Shown here: in pieces, positions 49,636 to 64,000 of the stretch
Layout: each line of letters begins with the position of its first letter
How positions within the stretch are numbered: the first letter of the stretch is position 1
NCBI RefSeq assembly: GCF_009914755.1
Contig: NC_060935.1
Source of the DNA: the human T2T-CHM13v2.0 reference genome, Homo sapiens
Reading direction: 5' to 3' (one strand)
DNA: 64,000 bases
The notes under the pieces: model-generated
What the model was told of the DNA's origin: nothing
The model's input: only the letters and a program-made list of their open reading frames with translations
The model's database searches: none
Made by a program: the position numbers and the translations under genes

Positions 49636-50399
49636 TGGCTTTGCAGATGCCGCTGCTGGGAGCCCTGTACTATCAGTCATGGTCAACCCCACTGTGTTCT
49701 TCGACATCGCCTTTGACGGCTAGCCCTTGGGGTGCATCTCCTTCAAGCTGTTTGCAGACAAGTTTCCAAAGACAGAAGAAAACTTTCATGCTCCGAGCAC
49801 TGGAGAGAAAAGATTTGGTTATAAGGCTTCCTGCTTTCACAGAAATATTCCAGGGTTTATGTGTCAGGGTAGTGACTTCACACGCCATAATGGCACTGGT
49901 GGCAAGTCCATCTACGGGGAGAAATTTGAAGATGAGAACTTCATCCTAAAGCATACAGGTCCTGGCGTCTTGCCCATGGCAAATGCTGGACCCAACACAA
50001 ATGGTTCCCAGTTTTTCATCTGCACTGCCAAGACTGAGTGGTTGGATGGCAAGCATGTGGTCTTTGGCAAGGTGAAAGAAGGCGTGAATATTGTGGAGGC
50101 CATGGAGCACTTTGGGTCCAGGAATGGCAAGACCAGCAAGAAGATCATCAGCATTGCTGACTGTGGACAACTCTAATAAGTTTGACTTGTGTTTTATCTT
50201 AACCACCAGACCATTTCTTCTGTATCTCAGGAGAGCACTCCTCCACCCCGTTTGCTCACAGTATCCTATCATCTTTGTGCTCTCGCTGCAGTTCCCTTTG
50301 GGTTCCATGTTTTCCTTGTTCCCTTCCATGCCTAGCTGGATTGGAGAGTTAAGTTTATGATTATGAAATCAAAACTAAATAAAAATTAAAAAAATAAAA
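49636..50399 (+). pseudogene. PPIA: Processed pseudogene of cyclophilin A; CDS 49679-50176 with TAG at codon 15 (49721-49723)
   Basis: Intronless [49 protein letters not shown]; both UTRs; A-rich tail; 14-bp TSD TAAAATAACTGCTT (49622-49635, 50400-50413). Confidence 0.97.
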
Positions 50400-50619
50400 T
50401 AAAATAACTGCTTCTATTGATCAAGGAGTCAGAGTCACCGCGAGTTTTCACCTAAGTTTCCGTCTATGCTGGAAATCAGTGCCAACATCAATATGTTCAA
50501 TTACAAGCTATAAGCTTGAAAGATGTTTCAATTTTATAAAATTAAATGTAATCTTCTTAGTGTAGCTTTAAGTTAGTTTATAGAGTGAATAGGGATGGTA
50601 TGGCTGCCACACAACTTAC

Positions 50620-50664
50620 CAGTTCTTCAACTTTCTTCTTCAGTAAGTTCTTCTTCCTGTACCC
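50620..50664 (-). other. Candidate 45-nt internal exon (phase-0 reading GYRKKNLLKKKVEEL) of an unidentified transcript
   Basis: Acceptor CTTCTCTATTTTCCCAG, donor CTG|GTAAGT, repeated GAAGAA enhancer motifs, length divisible by 3. Confidence 0.4.
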
Positions 50665-51218
50665 CTGGGAAAATAGAGAAGTTCCTTTATTTTCAGACGA
50701 GTGAAACACCAAGAAGGCTGTAGAGTGTTTTTTCTAGTCATTTGGACAAGTGAGTATAAATGAGTAGAGGTCAGGGATCTTCCTTGCATAACTATGAAAA
50801 TCAGTGTGTCGAAAATTTATAAATAGAGGTGAGGCATTGAGCAACAGGTGAGCGTATTTGTTAGGATCTTTCTGGCAATGCTTTTCCCTTTGGCCTTTTC
50901 CAGGAGCACGGTTCTTTTGTATTTGTCACACAGGACCTGGGTGCCTGACTAAATAGCATGGCTTTAGACAGCAAATAACTCTTTAGCCATAGCAGAATGC
51001 AAGCGTGAGTTGATAAACTTTTTTTTTTTAACTCTGCCACTGTTCGTTTTTCTCCCTTCTGACCTTGAAAACAAAAATTGATCTGACTTCTACAAGAAGA
51101 TTTTGTTTAGAGTACCATAAGCTACTAAACAGTAAGATATTTCAGAAATACTTTAGAAAGACTGATGAACAAAGGATAAATTAATCAAGATTAGTATAAA
51201 ATGTCCACTCCTTATTTA

Positions 51219-51561
<343 letters not shown>

Positions 51562-52609
51562 TTATATTCATGGAAAGTTGAAAAACATTTGAAGGCATTT
51601 AAATCAACACATCTACTATTTATTGTCAAACATGAAGTTATAGCCATAGTCAAATCTCTATAGACAACATAGGGTCAGTGTATATTTTCCAACCAATTTT
51701 GAAAATAGTGTTTATTTGTTTTAAACATCTATGGCATTTTTAATTCTCACATCTCCATCTTCCTTAACACCAGAAATATTGTCCCATCTTCACAATAAAA
51801 AGTCACAAGACTATTTTAAGTACTAGGCTATCTTTCTGAAAAGCTTCTTAATTATGTGGTTAAAATGCTTTTATTGCTTACAGAGTAGTTCTAAGTTATG
51901 GTCTTTCCTCGCTCCCCGCCCAATCAGACTTCAAGATACATGATATATAAATTTATTTCCCTAAAACTATGTGCTTACATTTTCTCTTGGTTTGTTTATT
52001 TAATAAAGTTTTCCATAAAATCTAACTCATTTTTCTTTACAATCAGCATTGTAAGCCCACTCCAGAGATTGCATTTTTTTTCAGTCTAATCTAAAACTGG
52101 TGTTCTTGTCTGTCATTTTCTTCACAAAACTTCTGTCAATGACTTCTGTTTTTATTTTTAACTTTCTACTAAATGTCTTGAGATGATACCTTGATGCATC
52201 TGAAGTTTATTGGGAAATATAGGAAGAAAAGTTAATGATAAAATTATGCAATAGTCAGTGCGTTAAATTTGAATAGCTAAATATTTGTTGATAAATAGGC
52301 TTTGGGGATTCCAGGAGTTGGGGAAGAACTATCCATCGGATTCCTTCTTGTCCCTAGGAGCAGACAATACAAATTAGGTATGCACATGTACTTTTTTGCC
52401 CAGACACTCTCTGACCTCTATTACTGCCTTAGTTCTCTTAGACTCCAGTTGCCTCTGACAGCAGCCTGCTTTGAAACCACTTTTTAACAAAAAAGCTTCT
52501 TAGTTTACCTAATTCTACCCCTGTGTCATTTTAACCAAATTTTCTCTGCCACCCCACTGCAGCATCTCGGAGGAATACTTAAGGGAAAGTTAGATCATCA
52601 CAGTTTGGT

Positions 52610-52737
52610 ATTTTATTTTCATAAGTCGGAGTCTTACTATTTTGCCCAGGCTACTCTTGAACTATTGGGCTCAATTGATCCTCCTGCCTCAGCCTCCCAA
52701 GTACCTGGAAATAGGGGCATGAGCACTGTGCCAAGCT
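52610..52737 (-). mobile_element. Free Alu monomer (FLAM-like)
   Basis: Single ~130-bp diverged monomer. Confidence 0.75.
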
Positions 52738-52930
52738 CAATAGTAATATTGATGCTTCTTTCTCGCAGTGCTGTACTATATTTAAAATAACTTCTTGTTG
52801 TTTGTAACCACTTGCAAAATATTCCTGATTTCTTCCCAGGTCGTAAAGTGCATCAAATTACTATTACTTTGAAATGGTAACTTTATGGGCCTATCTACAT
52901 GCCCCTTCCATAGAGAAGGAAGAATTCTTC

Positions 52931-53231
52931 ATTATATTTTATTTTTATTTTTTTAGACGGAGTCTTGCTCTGTCACCTGGGCTGGAGTGCAGCAGTACAA
53001 TCTGGGCTCACTGCAACTTCCTTCTCCTGGGTTCAAGCTATCCTGCCTCAGCCTCTCTAGTAGCTGGGATTACAGGCGCGTGCCAACATGCCCGGCTAAT
53101 TTTTGTATTTTTAGTAGAGATGGGGTTTCACTATGTTGTCTAGGATCGTATCAAACTCCTGATCTCAGGTGATCCACCCACCTCAGCCTCCCAAAGTGCT
53201 GGGATTACAGGCGTGAGCCACCCACGCAGCC
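52931..53231 (-). mobile_element. AluS
   Basis: Full dimer; TSD AGAAGGAAGAATT(C/T)TT. Confidence 0.9.
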
Positions 53232-53409
53232 AAGAAGGAAGAATTTTTGTAAGTGGTTAACGTGTTCTATCTGAAGATCAGCAAAAGGAATAAACTACAT
53301 TAGCAGATTTAGTTTAGCTATTTGCTAGCAATGTGAATTTTGGCAAATCAATCTCTCTAAGTCTCTAAAATAGGAAAAGCAATACCACTCCTAGTGTTTT
53401 GAAACACAG

Positions 53410-53933
53410 TCACCATCTATTGCTGTCAAATTCCCAGCATTCTTTTTCCCTCTGGGAGCAGCGCCTTCCTACCTCCTGTAGTTCTGATACAATGGTTATT
53501 TCTGAGAGCCCCACCAATCTCCTGCCCACAGGGTTTAGCAAGTGACACCGACATAGCCAATCAGAATACTGCAACCCTCTCTTTGTATTATAATTGGTCC
53601 CAGATATGGGCACATGACCCACAAAGGGCCAATTGAAGTCCCTCTTTGAGTTTTGCTATATGAACACACAGAATCTGTCCTCTAGGACAGCAAGCACTGA
53701 GAAATATGTGAAGCCAAAGCCAGATGGCTTTGGATTTTATTCTCAGGCCAATTATCAGAGAGAAAATCTGAGGTGAGAGTTTGGGACAGAGTTAGAGATG
53801 CCCCTGAAGTTTTAAATTAAGCCTTTAACACCCCCCCCACACACACACCCCCGAAGGATTCCCTCCCCTTCAATGCTTACACTAGTTCAAGTTGGTTTGT
53901 GCTTCTTGCAACTGAAAGGACTCTGAGTAATAG
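53410..53933 (+). mobile_element. Old ERVL LTR (LTR16/LTR33-like)
   Basis: GCCAATCAGAAT..GGGCACATGACCCA..GGCCAAT; end CTTGCAACTGAAAGGACTCTGAGTAATA. Confidence 0.5.
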
Positions 53934-54202
53934 AGAGGGTTAAACGAGACAAAGTACGTGAAGTATAAAGATATGTACAAACATAAGGTGTAACTATCAC
54001 TCTCAGGGAATGCCATGCCACACCCCTAAATTTATTATGAATAAAAATTGGTATCAGAGAAATAGAGTCAGGACTATATGGTGTGGAATCACTTGACAAA
54101 TATGACTATAGTGTACTAATGACATGACCTCCAATTATGTCCCATACAATCCATAACAAAAATTTAGGGGCCACTTTCCTCCTGAAGTATACCTGAATTT
54201 CT

Positions 54203-54510
54203 CTCTCTCTCTCTTTTTTTTTTTTTTTTGAGATGGAGTCTCACCTGTCGCCCAGGCTGGAGTACAGTGGCGTGACCTCGGCTTATTGCAACCTCTGTCT
54301 CCTGGATTCAGGTGATTCTCCTGCCTCAGCCTTCCAAGTAGCTGGGATTACAGGCATGTGCAACCACACCTGGCTAATTTTTATATTTTTAGTAGAGACG
54401 GGGTTTCACCATGTTGGCCAGGCTGGTTGGTCTTGAACTCCTGACCTCAGGTGATCTGCCCACCTCAGCCTCCCAAAGTGCTGGGATTACAAGAGTGAGC
54501 TACGCCCAGC
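54203..54510 (-). mobile_element. AluS
   Basis: Full dimer; TSD ATAC(C)CTGAATTTCT. Confidence 0.9.
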
Positions 54511-57500
54511 ATACCCTGAATTTCTACAGAACAAGATATGGATAAGACAGTACAAACTGAGCTCTGATGAGCCACACTACATGATAAAGTTTCAAAAAGT
54601 TGCCTAAAAGCACAAATCATTTAGATATACTGTCAAAATACCACAGAATTGCACCTATTCTTTTAAATTACATTGTACACACTTTGTTTATGTCTTCTAC
54701 GTGAATGTTCAAAGAACAGAGACTGTTGTGATATTTTGTAGTTTTGTGTCTTCTGTGACTACGATGATTTCTCCTCTGTCTTCTACCACCCCCCACCTTC
54801 AGTACTAAATTGGGTTGTTACCTTAAAAGGCAAAAATTAGTGACTATATTTGTCCCTGTTGAAACAGGGAATAAACAAACAGCTGCGGTTAGTGCGTAGG
54901 CATTTAAGACATTCAGAATGCAGATTGTGGTTTAGATATCTGTCTGAAAAATGGGATTCCCAGGATAGGAGTCCATTTAGAAATTAACACAGTGTACAGG
55001 TAGAGCAAAGACATCGAAGATAAATAAAATCTCGAGGACTAGCTCAATTCCTTTATAAGCACAATGTTAGACAGTAAAATACACAATAATGTTAATCTAA
55101 CTCTGTGACGTGGGCAGACAATTTTCTAACACATCAGAAAATACATAGGGCAAATCTGTTTTTAGTCTGTGTGTTTTCCTCTTTACCAAATGGAAAAAAA
55201 ATCCTGCAATCTTGCACCAAGATCCTGTTTGTGAAACACAGAAGGCCATATTAGTGCAAAACAAGAATGCCACATTTAATTTAGCTCAATATAATGACTA
55301 TTTGAGCACACATTGGGTGACAGAGACTGAGCAAAAGAGTGGGCATACGAACTGGTTAATACTGAATCTCAAGTAGAAAAGTAAAATATAAAAGCCCAAT
55401 CTACAAAATGTGCAAGACAGAAATTTCTCTACTTGGCCATATGGAGAAGGAGGGTTTGAAACCACACATTTTGACTCCTGATCAGGTGTTCCATCCACTG
55501 TATCACAGGTTGAAGATTCCACATGTCTATGTTTATCCATTCCCACCCTGTTTACATCAGGTCAACAAATAGAATGTGTATTACGTACTCCATGAATCCT
55601 GTAGGAGAAATAAGCCTAGCTCAAAGGAAATAGTGGGTAACTCTCACTGAGCATGGCTGGGAAGCTTCCTGATGGAAGTAATCTGTGTAAGATATTGAAA
55701 AAATGATTTTTCCTTGGATGAGGATGAGAAAGAGTGGTCCAGAGGTAAGAAAATCATGATGAACTTGGAGGAGAGTTTAACATACCTAGAGAGTAAAATA
55801 AGTAACCCTGAGGAGTTGGAAGAGAAATCCCCTTCCTAGATTATTTGTTCTATTTTAAGCAGGGAAATGCTTGGTTGAAGCCATAAATGAATTAATTATT
55901 CTTCAAAACCACTGAACTGTACAAGTTTCTGTGGCTTCTAGGGCTAAGGGGATCTTGTTCTCATAATGAAGTGGAAGCAGCTATTAACATAACATAAAAA
56001 TCTATCTGTACTTTGCCATCTTGGCTTTGTTCCATCAAAGCCATTCTCTCAAACAGTATCCGCACAGTGCTACAGTCATATTTACACATCGGGGACAGAA
56101 TTGGACGGAACCCATTTCTGGTCTCCAGTTCTTTATCCCAATCCCAACCCCACACTGTCTATCATCCTGGTTAATTAAGAGAGGGTATTCCACATTAGAA
56201 AGTAGACTACTTTCTGTACATAGGCCAAAAAATCAGTCTTCTCAAATAAAGCCAAATATTGTATTTCAGGTTTGTCTTGTCCTTCAAGGTAAACTGAGTT
56301 TCACTCTCTCTTCCAGCCCCAGTGAAGGTGTAACCATAATTGAAAGGCAGAGCCAAAATGCTGGGAAATTGAGCCAGGACAATCTACACGCTGTGGAATT
56401 TATCCTGTGTAATTGAAAGTTAAAAGCCACAATTCCTTCTCATCCATAATGTTTAACCATACTTTGGCTGAAGGTTCAAGTAAAGGTTTTCAGCCTTTCC
56501 ATTCTATTTTTAGTTCTCATGATGCATCAACCAAAATGTAATCATAATGTTCTTGTTGCAGTATTTGAAAGCTCTCTAAGCTTAACCTAAACAATCAGAC
56601 CTCTGGAAAATTAGGGAAAATATGAACTTTTCAGCAGATTCTCTAGGAGAAAATAGGATTTTGAATTACCTTATTAGAATCAAATTACATGTAGAAGCAT
56701 ATTACAATTATTTTATAGTTTTAATTTTTTTCCACTCACAAATGTGAACACGTGCTAGGTCAGCACACTCTTTTCTTGTCTGTGTTAGAAAGGAGCAAAC
56801 CAAGTTTTGCCTTCATTTAGTTTTCCGGAAAACATTTATTGAGCAGCTATGGTGTGTCAAATAATTACAAATAAGCAGGACAGGGCCTTTGTCCTTGGAC
56901 AGAAGAGATAATGAATAAAGTAAGTAAACATGTGTGTTTAAGTGTGCAGCACAGCATTACAGACATGATGAAAGAAATTAGGACAGGAAGCAGTTGTTGT
57001 ATGAAGTTGACTATGGGTCTCAGAAAATGAGCCATCATCATAGGGAACAGTACATGTTTGCCAGGTACTGCTGAGACATGGCAGAATGGTGAGGTTGACA
57101 AGGGATTAGGGAAGGGTACTCCAGCAGTCACAACAGGAGCAAAGGCAAAGACACATAAGTAGGCTTAGTCCAGTATTTCTCAGACTTGTGTAGTATTTAG
57201 ATCTCTTATAAAGGAATATATTTCTCATGTATCCTGGAGTCAATTTGGATTATACGCGTAGAAACATAACACTAAGTATAAACCCTAATGCTTATAGCTG
57301 TTACATAATTATGAAACCAAACAGATAAACAAATTAATTATAAAGAAAAATATAAAACTAGTATCATGTAAATAATATCAGTTTAATGGTATGACTGATA
57401 ATTTTTGCTAAAACAATATTGTCTTGATTGCTATGAATCTTTTGAAATTGATACGCCTATACTACTTTGTCCTAAGTGATGATTCAATTATTTCAGCTTT

Positions 57501-57665
57501 TTTTTTTTAAACTAGAACCATTGCCAAATCTTTGTACAGCAAGCCGTGACATCACTTGGTCTTCATTTGTAAAATAATCTAACATTTGAAATATTGTCTC
57601 CTCTCTTTACTCATTAGTCCATGATGATAACGCAAGTTTGTGGTATTAGTAAGAAAGTGGTCATC

Positions 57666-58286
<621 letters not shown>

Positions 58287-58969
58287 ATGTCGATGATTCA
58301 AAGTAGGCTTAAATCATTTTAAAATTTTCAATCAAAATTAAAACGTAAAATTGCTCATAGATGCTTCTTAAACTTCTGATGACCCCTCTCGCTAACCCAT
58401 TAGGGGAATTTAAAGAAATTCAGCTGGACTGAAGCATAATTTCAGAGGCAAAAGATAAGGCAATCAATAATGTTGGAGAGATAACAGAGACTGGTTTGGC
58501 ACACGAAAGAGTTTGGACTCTATCCGTTAATCAATGAGGAGCCACTGAAGGACTTGAAGCCCTAGAGAGAATAATGAGATTTGCTTTTTTTAGAAAGATT
58601 ATTCTGGCTGTAATCATGGATTAGAGAACTGCTGACTGGAGCCAGGGAGGCAAGCTAAGGACTTATTTTAATTGCCTGGGCAGTGAGGACTGACCTAGTG
58701 CTGAAGCTGAGGCTACAGAGGAGATAGCAAAGAGGTAGTTTGGTGACTGATTGCATGTCAAGTTTCCTAGATATCCAACTTAGGTAGAGAATGCAATTTG
58801 AAGAGCAGGTTTAGGAAAAAGGATAAGTGTACCAATATGTACATGCTGAGCTTGTGGTACCTTTGAAATATCCATCGCGGAGATGTCCAGTGGGCAGCTG
58901 CTACAAGGGCCTGCCTGGAGATACAGATATCGGAGCAGTGAAAGAGATTGCAACAAGAATCATCAGAGA

Positions 58970-59315
<346 letters not shown>

Positions 59316-59415
59316 TTACCTTGCTAAATAATCTACACAGTTAAATGGGGTTCCTGGTGTTTATGAAATGTGTACTTTTGACCAAAATTTTATACTTATA
59401 TATTGTCACAGTTAA

Positions 59416-59754
<339 letters not shown>

Positions 59755-60490
59755 TAATCACATTGTTTTAGAAATAATTTAGCTAGTCATTATTTCTAAT
59801 TTTTGAAGATGCCCTGAAAAACCTTGGAAGAGAACTATGATTTTTTTTCTTCTTATTTGAGAAGAAAATATTTATGGTTAGGTAACCCTTTTTTTCTGTC
59901 TAGAGAAGGCTAGAGAGTAGCAGTCTCCTTTTTACACATAACTCCATAGTCATTTCTTATTGTCTGGAACGGCAGAAATCAATCATTATTAGAAAGAAAA
60001 TCTCACTAATAGATCATTAGGCAGGTGAATTGTTTTCAAAACTGGAAAAAGACAGTTTTTCATGTTTCCCATTGAGTCATCTCTCACATGGAGTTCACTA
60101 GAGATGGAGGGATAACCTGGAAATCTCTAGTCTTTCTGCTCCTCCCTGTCAAACAACCTCATTCGCTATTTTTATTATTGTTTCCTTCCCTCTTCAACTG
60201 TCTCTATCTCCCGCATGAAAGGAAAAGTCAAATCATTTCAGGTCCTGAGTCATTCTTAAGCCTTCTGACTGAGGCAACCTATCAGACAAGATCCCAGCAT
60301 ACCTATTTCATGGCGCAACTGGCCTTGGAAGCTAACACCAGGGAGTCATTGTCATAACAAAAGTTCCCTCCCAAGGGAAGAGACTGTGTCAGGTGACAAC
60401 CCACCTACACCTATCACTCCCGCCCAGTCCCAGTCCCATCTTCTCTGTGTGAGTTGAACCCAGAGGCCTAGGATAAAACTAGGCTTGTAA

Positions 60491-60852
<362 letters not shown>

Positions 60853-61157
60853 AAATAAGACATTCTGATAGTATTTTCTGAAGATAAAGGCTATCCTCAA
60901 GTGCACCTCAACAGTGAGAGTAAAAGCAAGAACATTAGATATGTAATGATGTAATTGAAGGGTGGTGTTCCTATTGTCAGTTCCCTAGCAGAGGCCCTGC
61001 TTACAGGCTGGCTCCCCCTGACACTGGCATCTAGCTAAGCCTCTGTTGGCCATTCTACCTACCATTTTTCCCCTTGCCTAATCTCAAAGCTGTATTCTCA
61101 ATTTCCTTTTCTAAGACTGCTCTTCAATCTTGATGTCTACTAAGAAATGTTCTGGGT

Positions 61158-61330
61158 CAGCTGTTCTCAAACTTTAGCCAGCAGGAGGATTACCTAGAGG
61201 ATTTGTTAAAACACAGTTGCTGGGACCCACCTGCGAGTTTCTAATTCTGTAGGTGGAAGGTGGAGCCCAAGATTTTGCAGTTTTAACCACTTTCCAGATG
61301 ATGCTGATGTTGTTTATCTTTAGGTCCCCA
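61158..61330. mobile_element. MER5A-like DNA transposon fossil
   Basis: CAG..TTCTCAAACTTTAG..TTGTTAAAACACAG..TTCCAGATGATGCTGATG. Confidence 0.7.
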
Positions 61331-61896
61331 GTATTTTATTCATTAATTTAGTCAAAAAATATTTACTGACCACACACTATATGCCAGACATCCATTTTGC
61401 ATAGCATAGCATTCTCTTTCTCTAGAGCAATCTTTTCCTAGAAGCCACCAATGACAAATTCAAGTATTTAAGGATTTAGGAATGGTTCTACTTAAAACAG
61501 TTCTTCCTCCAATGGTTTGATTAGCAAACGTTTTATTCAGGACAGTAGTAAAGGAAGGCTCATACTAATCTAGGCTCAATTATTCCAAAAATCTTAATTA
61601 GTGAATGGAATGATTAATGAGCTATTTTTTTCTTGCCCTCCAAAATAGGAATTTGGAGTTACATAGGCCATTGGCTAAGACTCAGTAAAGATCTTGGTTA
61701 GATCTTGTTTTGCTTTTTTTTTTTTTTAAGCTATAAAAGTCATTTTTGGAACAATTTGCCATTTGATGATATTAATATTTTATCATGTATTAATTTTCTT
61801 TAAGTTTTAGTTATGTTGGAGAATTTCCTTATTCTTTGGTGATTCATGTTAAAATATTTAGAGATTATGTGTCAAAAATATCTAAAATTTACTTTA

Positions 61897-62180
61897 TTTA
61901 TTTATTTATTTTTGAGACGGAGTTTCGCTCTTCCACCCAGGCTGGAGTGCATTGCTGAGATCTCGGGCTCACTGCAACCTCCGACTTCCGGTTTCAAGCG
62001 ATTCTCTTGCTTCAGCCTCCCGAGAAGCTGGGATTACAGGGGCCCGCCACCACACCGGGCTAATTTTCGTATTTTTGGTAGAGACCGGGTTTCACTATGT
62101 TGGCCAGGCTGGTCTCAAACTTGTGACCTTGCGATCCGCCCACCTCAGCCTCCCGAAGTGCTGGGATTACCGAGCCCGGC
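61897..62180 (-). mobile_element. AluS, CpG-rich
   Basis: Dimer; TSD TAAAATTTACTTTA (61883-61896, 62181-62194). Confidence 0.9.
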
Positions 62181-62203
62181 TAAAATTTACTTTAAATGTT
62201 TCA

Positions 62204-62530
<327 letters not shown>

Positions 62531-63789
62531 CAAAAACTTTTCTATATCGATATGCATGTGTGTATATATATATATATATATAAACAAAATGAGGAGTGAG
62601 AAAACAAATATGACAAAATGTTGATGTTTGTTGAATCCAAGTAGAAAGCATGTAGCTATCCATTGCGTTATTTTTTCCAACTTTGCTGTAAGTTTGAAAA
62701 TTTTCATAATACAAAATTGAGGGAAAAGCAGGTTTAGAAGATTTATAATGATTCATTAAATATTCATTTTCAGTACCAACAAGATTTTCACCATATGGTA
62801 AATGTTGTTCTACTTGACCACATAATGTAATAGAGTTCAAAGAGCTCCACAAATCTTTGAAGCATTCTTTGAAAGATCACAAAAAAATCATAAGGGTAAA
62901 ATACACTGCAACATTAAACGGAACTGGGACTAGTTCTACTTTTATTTATCTAGTAAACTAAAGTTTAATCTCAATAATCCACTTTTGTCTCACAATAAAA
63001 TTTCAACAAACTGGCAGCTAGGAAAAAAATTACTAACAAGTATAAAATAAGAACTTTACTCTTCTGAAAAAAAATTGTTCTTATACCTAGTTTTGTAAAA
63101 CTGACAAATTTTGTAAAATTTTCTAATTCCATTAGCATTAAAATTCACATTGACAGAATGTAAGATAATATACCTTTTAAAGGATAATACTATGTATCTT
63201 TATTCCTTGTAAAGGAAGTTGCCGCTGTGACTACGGGTTACAGATTGTTTCAGATTTGTTCTTTTTCCTTTTTTTTTTCCATCTGAAATGTTCAAACAGT
63301 AGAGACTGTGGGTCTGTTCTTTTTCAATGATCCTTCTTATCACTTTCATTAGTATGCTTCACTGTGATTGAGTTATGACTTCTCTTTGCTGAGTGTGGAG
63401 CCATTTATTTGAGTTAGTTTCCTTAAGCTCCTTCTGGGCTAGTTATTTTCCTCATCACGCTTTCACTGCCTTTGCCAGGGCCTGTTACAGTGTGCTGGAT
63501 GGCAGCAGTTCTAGCGCAGATGTACTCATCGCCTGGAAGCACGGATAATGAGCTCCACTCCTTTCATGCTCAGTAGAGCTCAAGCAACACGTAGAGACCT
63601 CCGTGCCAAATGGGAGAAGCCTTTCTCTACAAATCTGTGCAGACACCTCTACCGCAGAAGCTGAAGAATGATTTTTAGAAGATTATAAGGCACTCAAGTA
63701 TTAAAAACATTTGTTAGGTATCATCTGTGGGCTGATAGCATGCAAAGTGCAAGAGATACAAAGAAATAAGATTTAATCTAAAAGCTTAG

Positions 63790-64000
<211 letters not shown>

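Noticed and set aside
49636-50399. TRIMCyp-like fusion involving the PPIA retrocopy
   Set aside because: No TRIM exons visible in the window, and a stop at codon 15
55298-55546. Minus-strand 82-aa ORF with possible splice sites
   Set aside because: Weak donor, and part of it resembles a MIR head

Overview
Primate, most likely great-ape or human, genomic DNA: AT-rich, intronic or intergenic, and dominated by interspersed repeats. I find no intact protein-coding gene, and almost every ORF in the track is a repeat or pseudogene artefact. The centre (~28.0-44.9 kb) is a nested retrotransposon stack. An ancient L1ME-type 3' end is split by an L1MB-type fragment, an AluY, three tandem Alus and a near full-length L1PB. 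The L1PB is itself split by a THE1 LTR, an Alu and an L1PA3-like element. That L1PA3 was retrotransposed from a spliced RNA (exact SpIRE 97/622 junction) and also carries the 129-bp ZNF93-escape deletion. Elsewhere are a complete LTR-int-LTR MST (MaLR) element, a MER9 solo LTR, a 7SL pseudogene, a PPIA processed pseudogene, MER5/MER44 DNA transposon fossils, about 20 Alus and a 45-nt minus-strand candidate exon. I found no previously undescribed biological system that I can support. Repeat subfamily names come from recalled consensus sequences and need RepeatMasker/Dfam confirmation.
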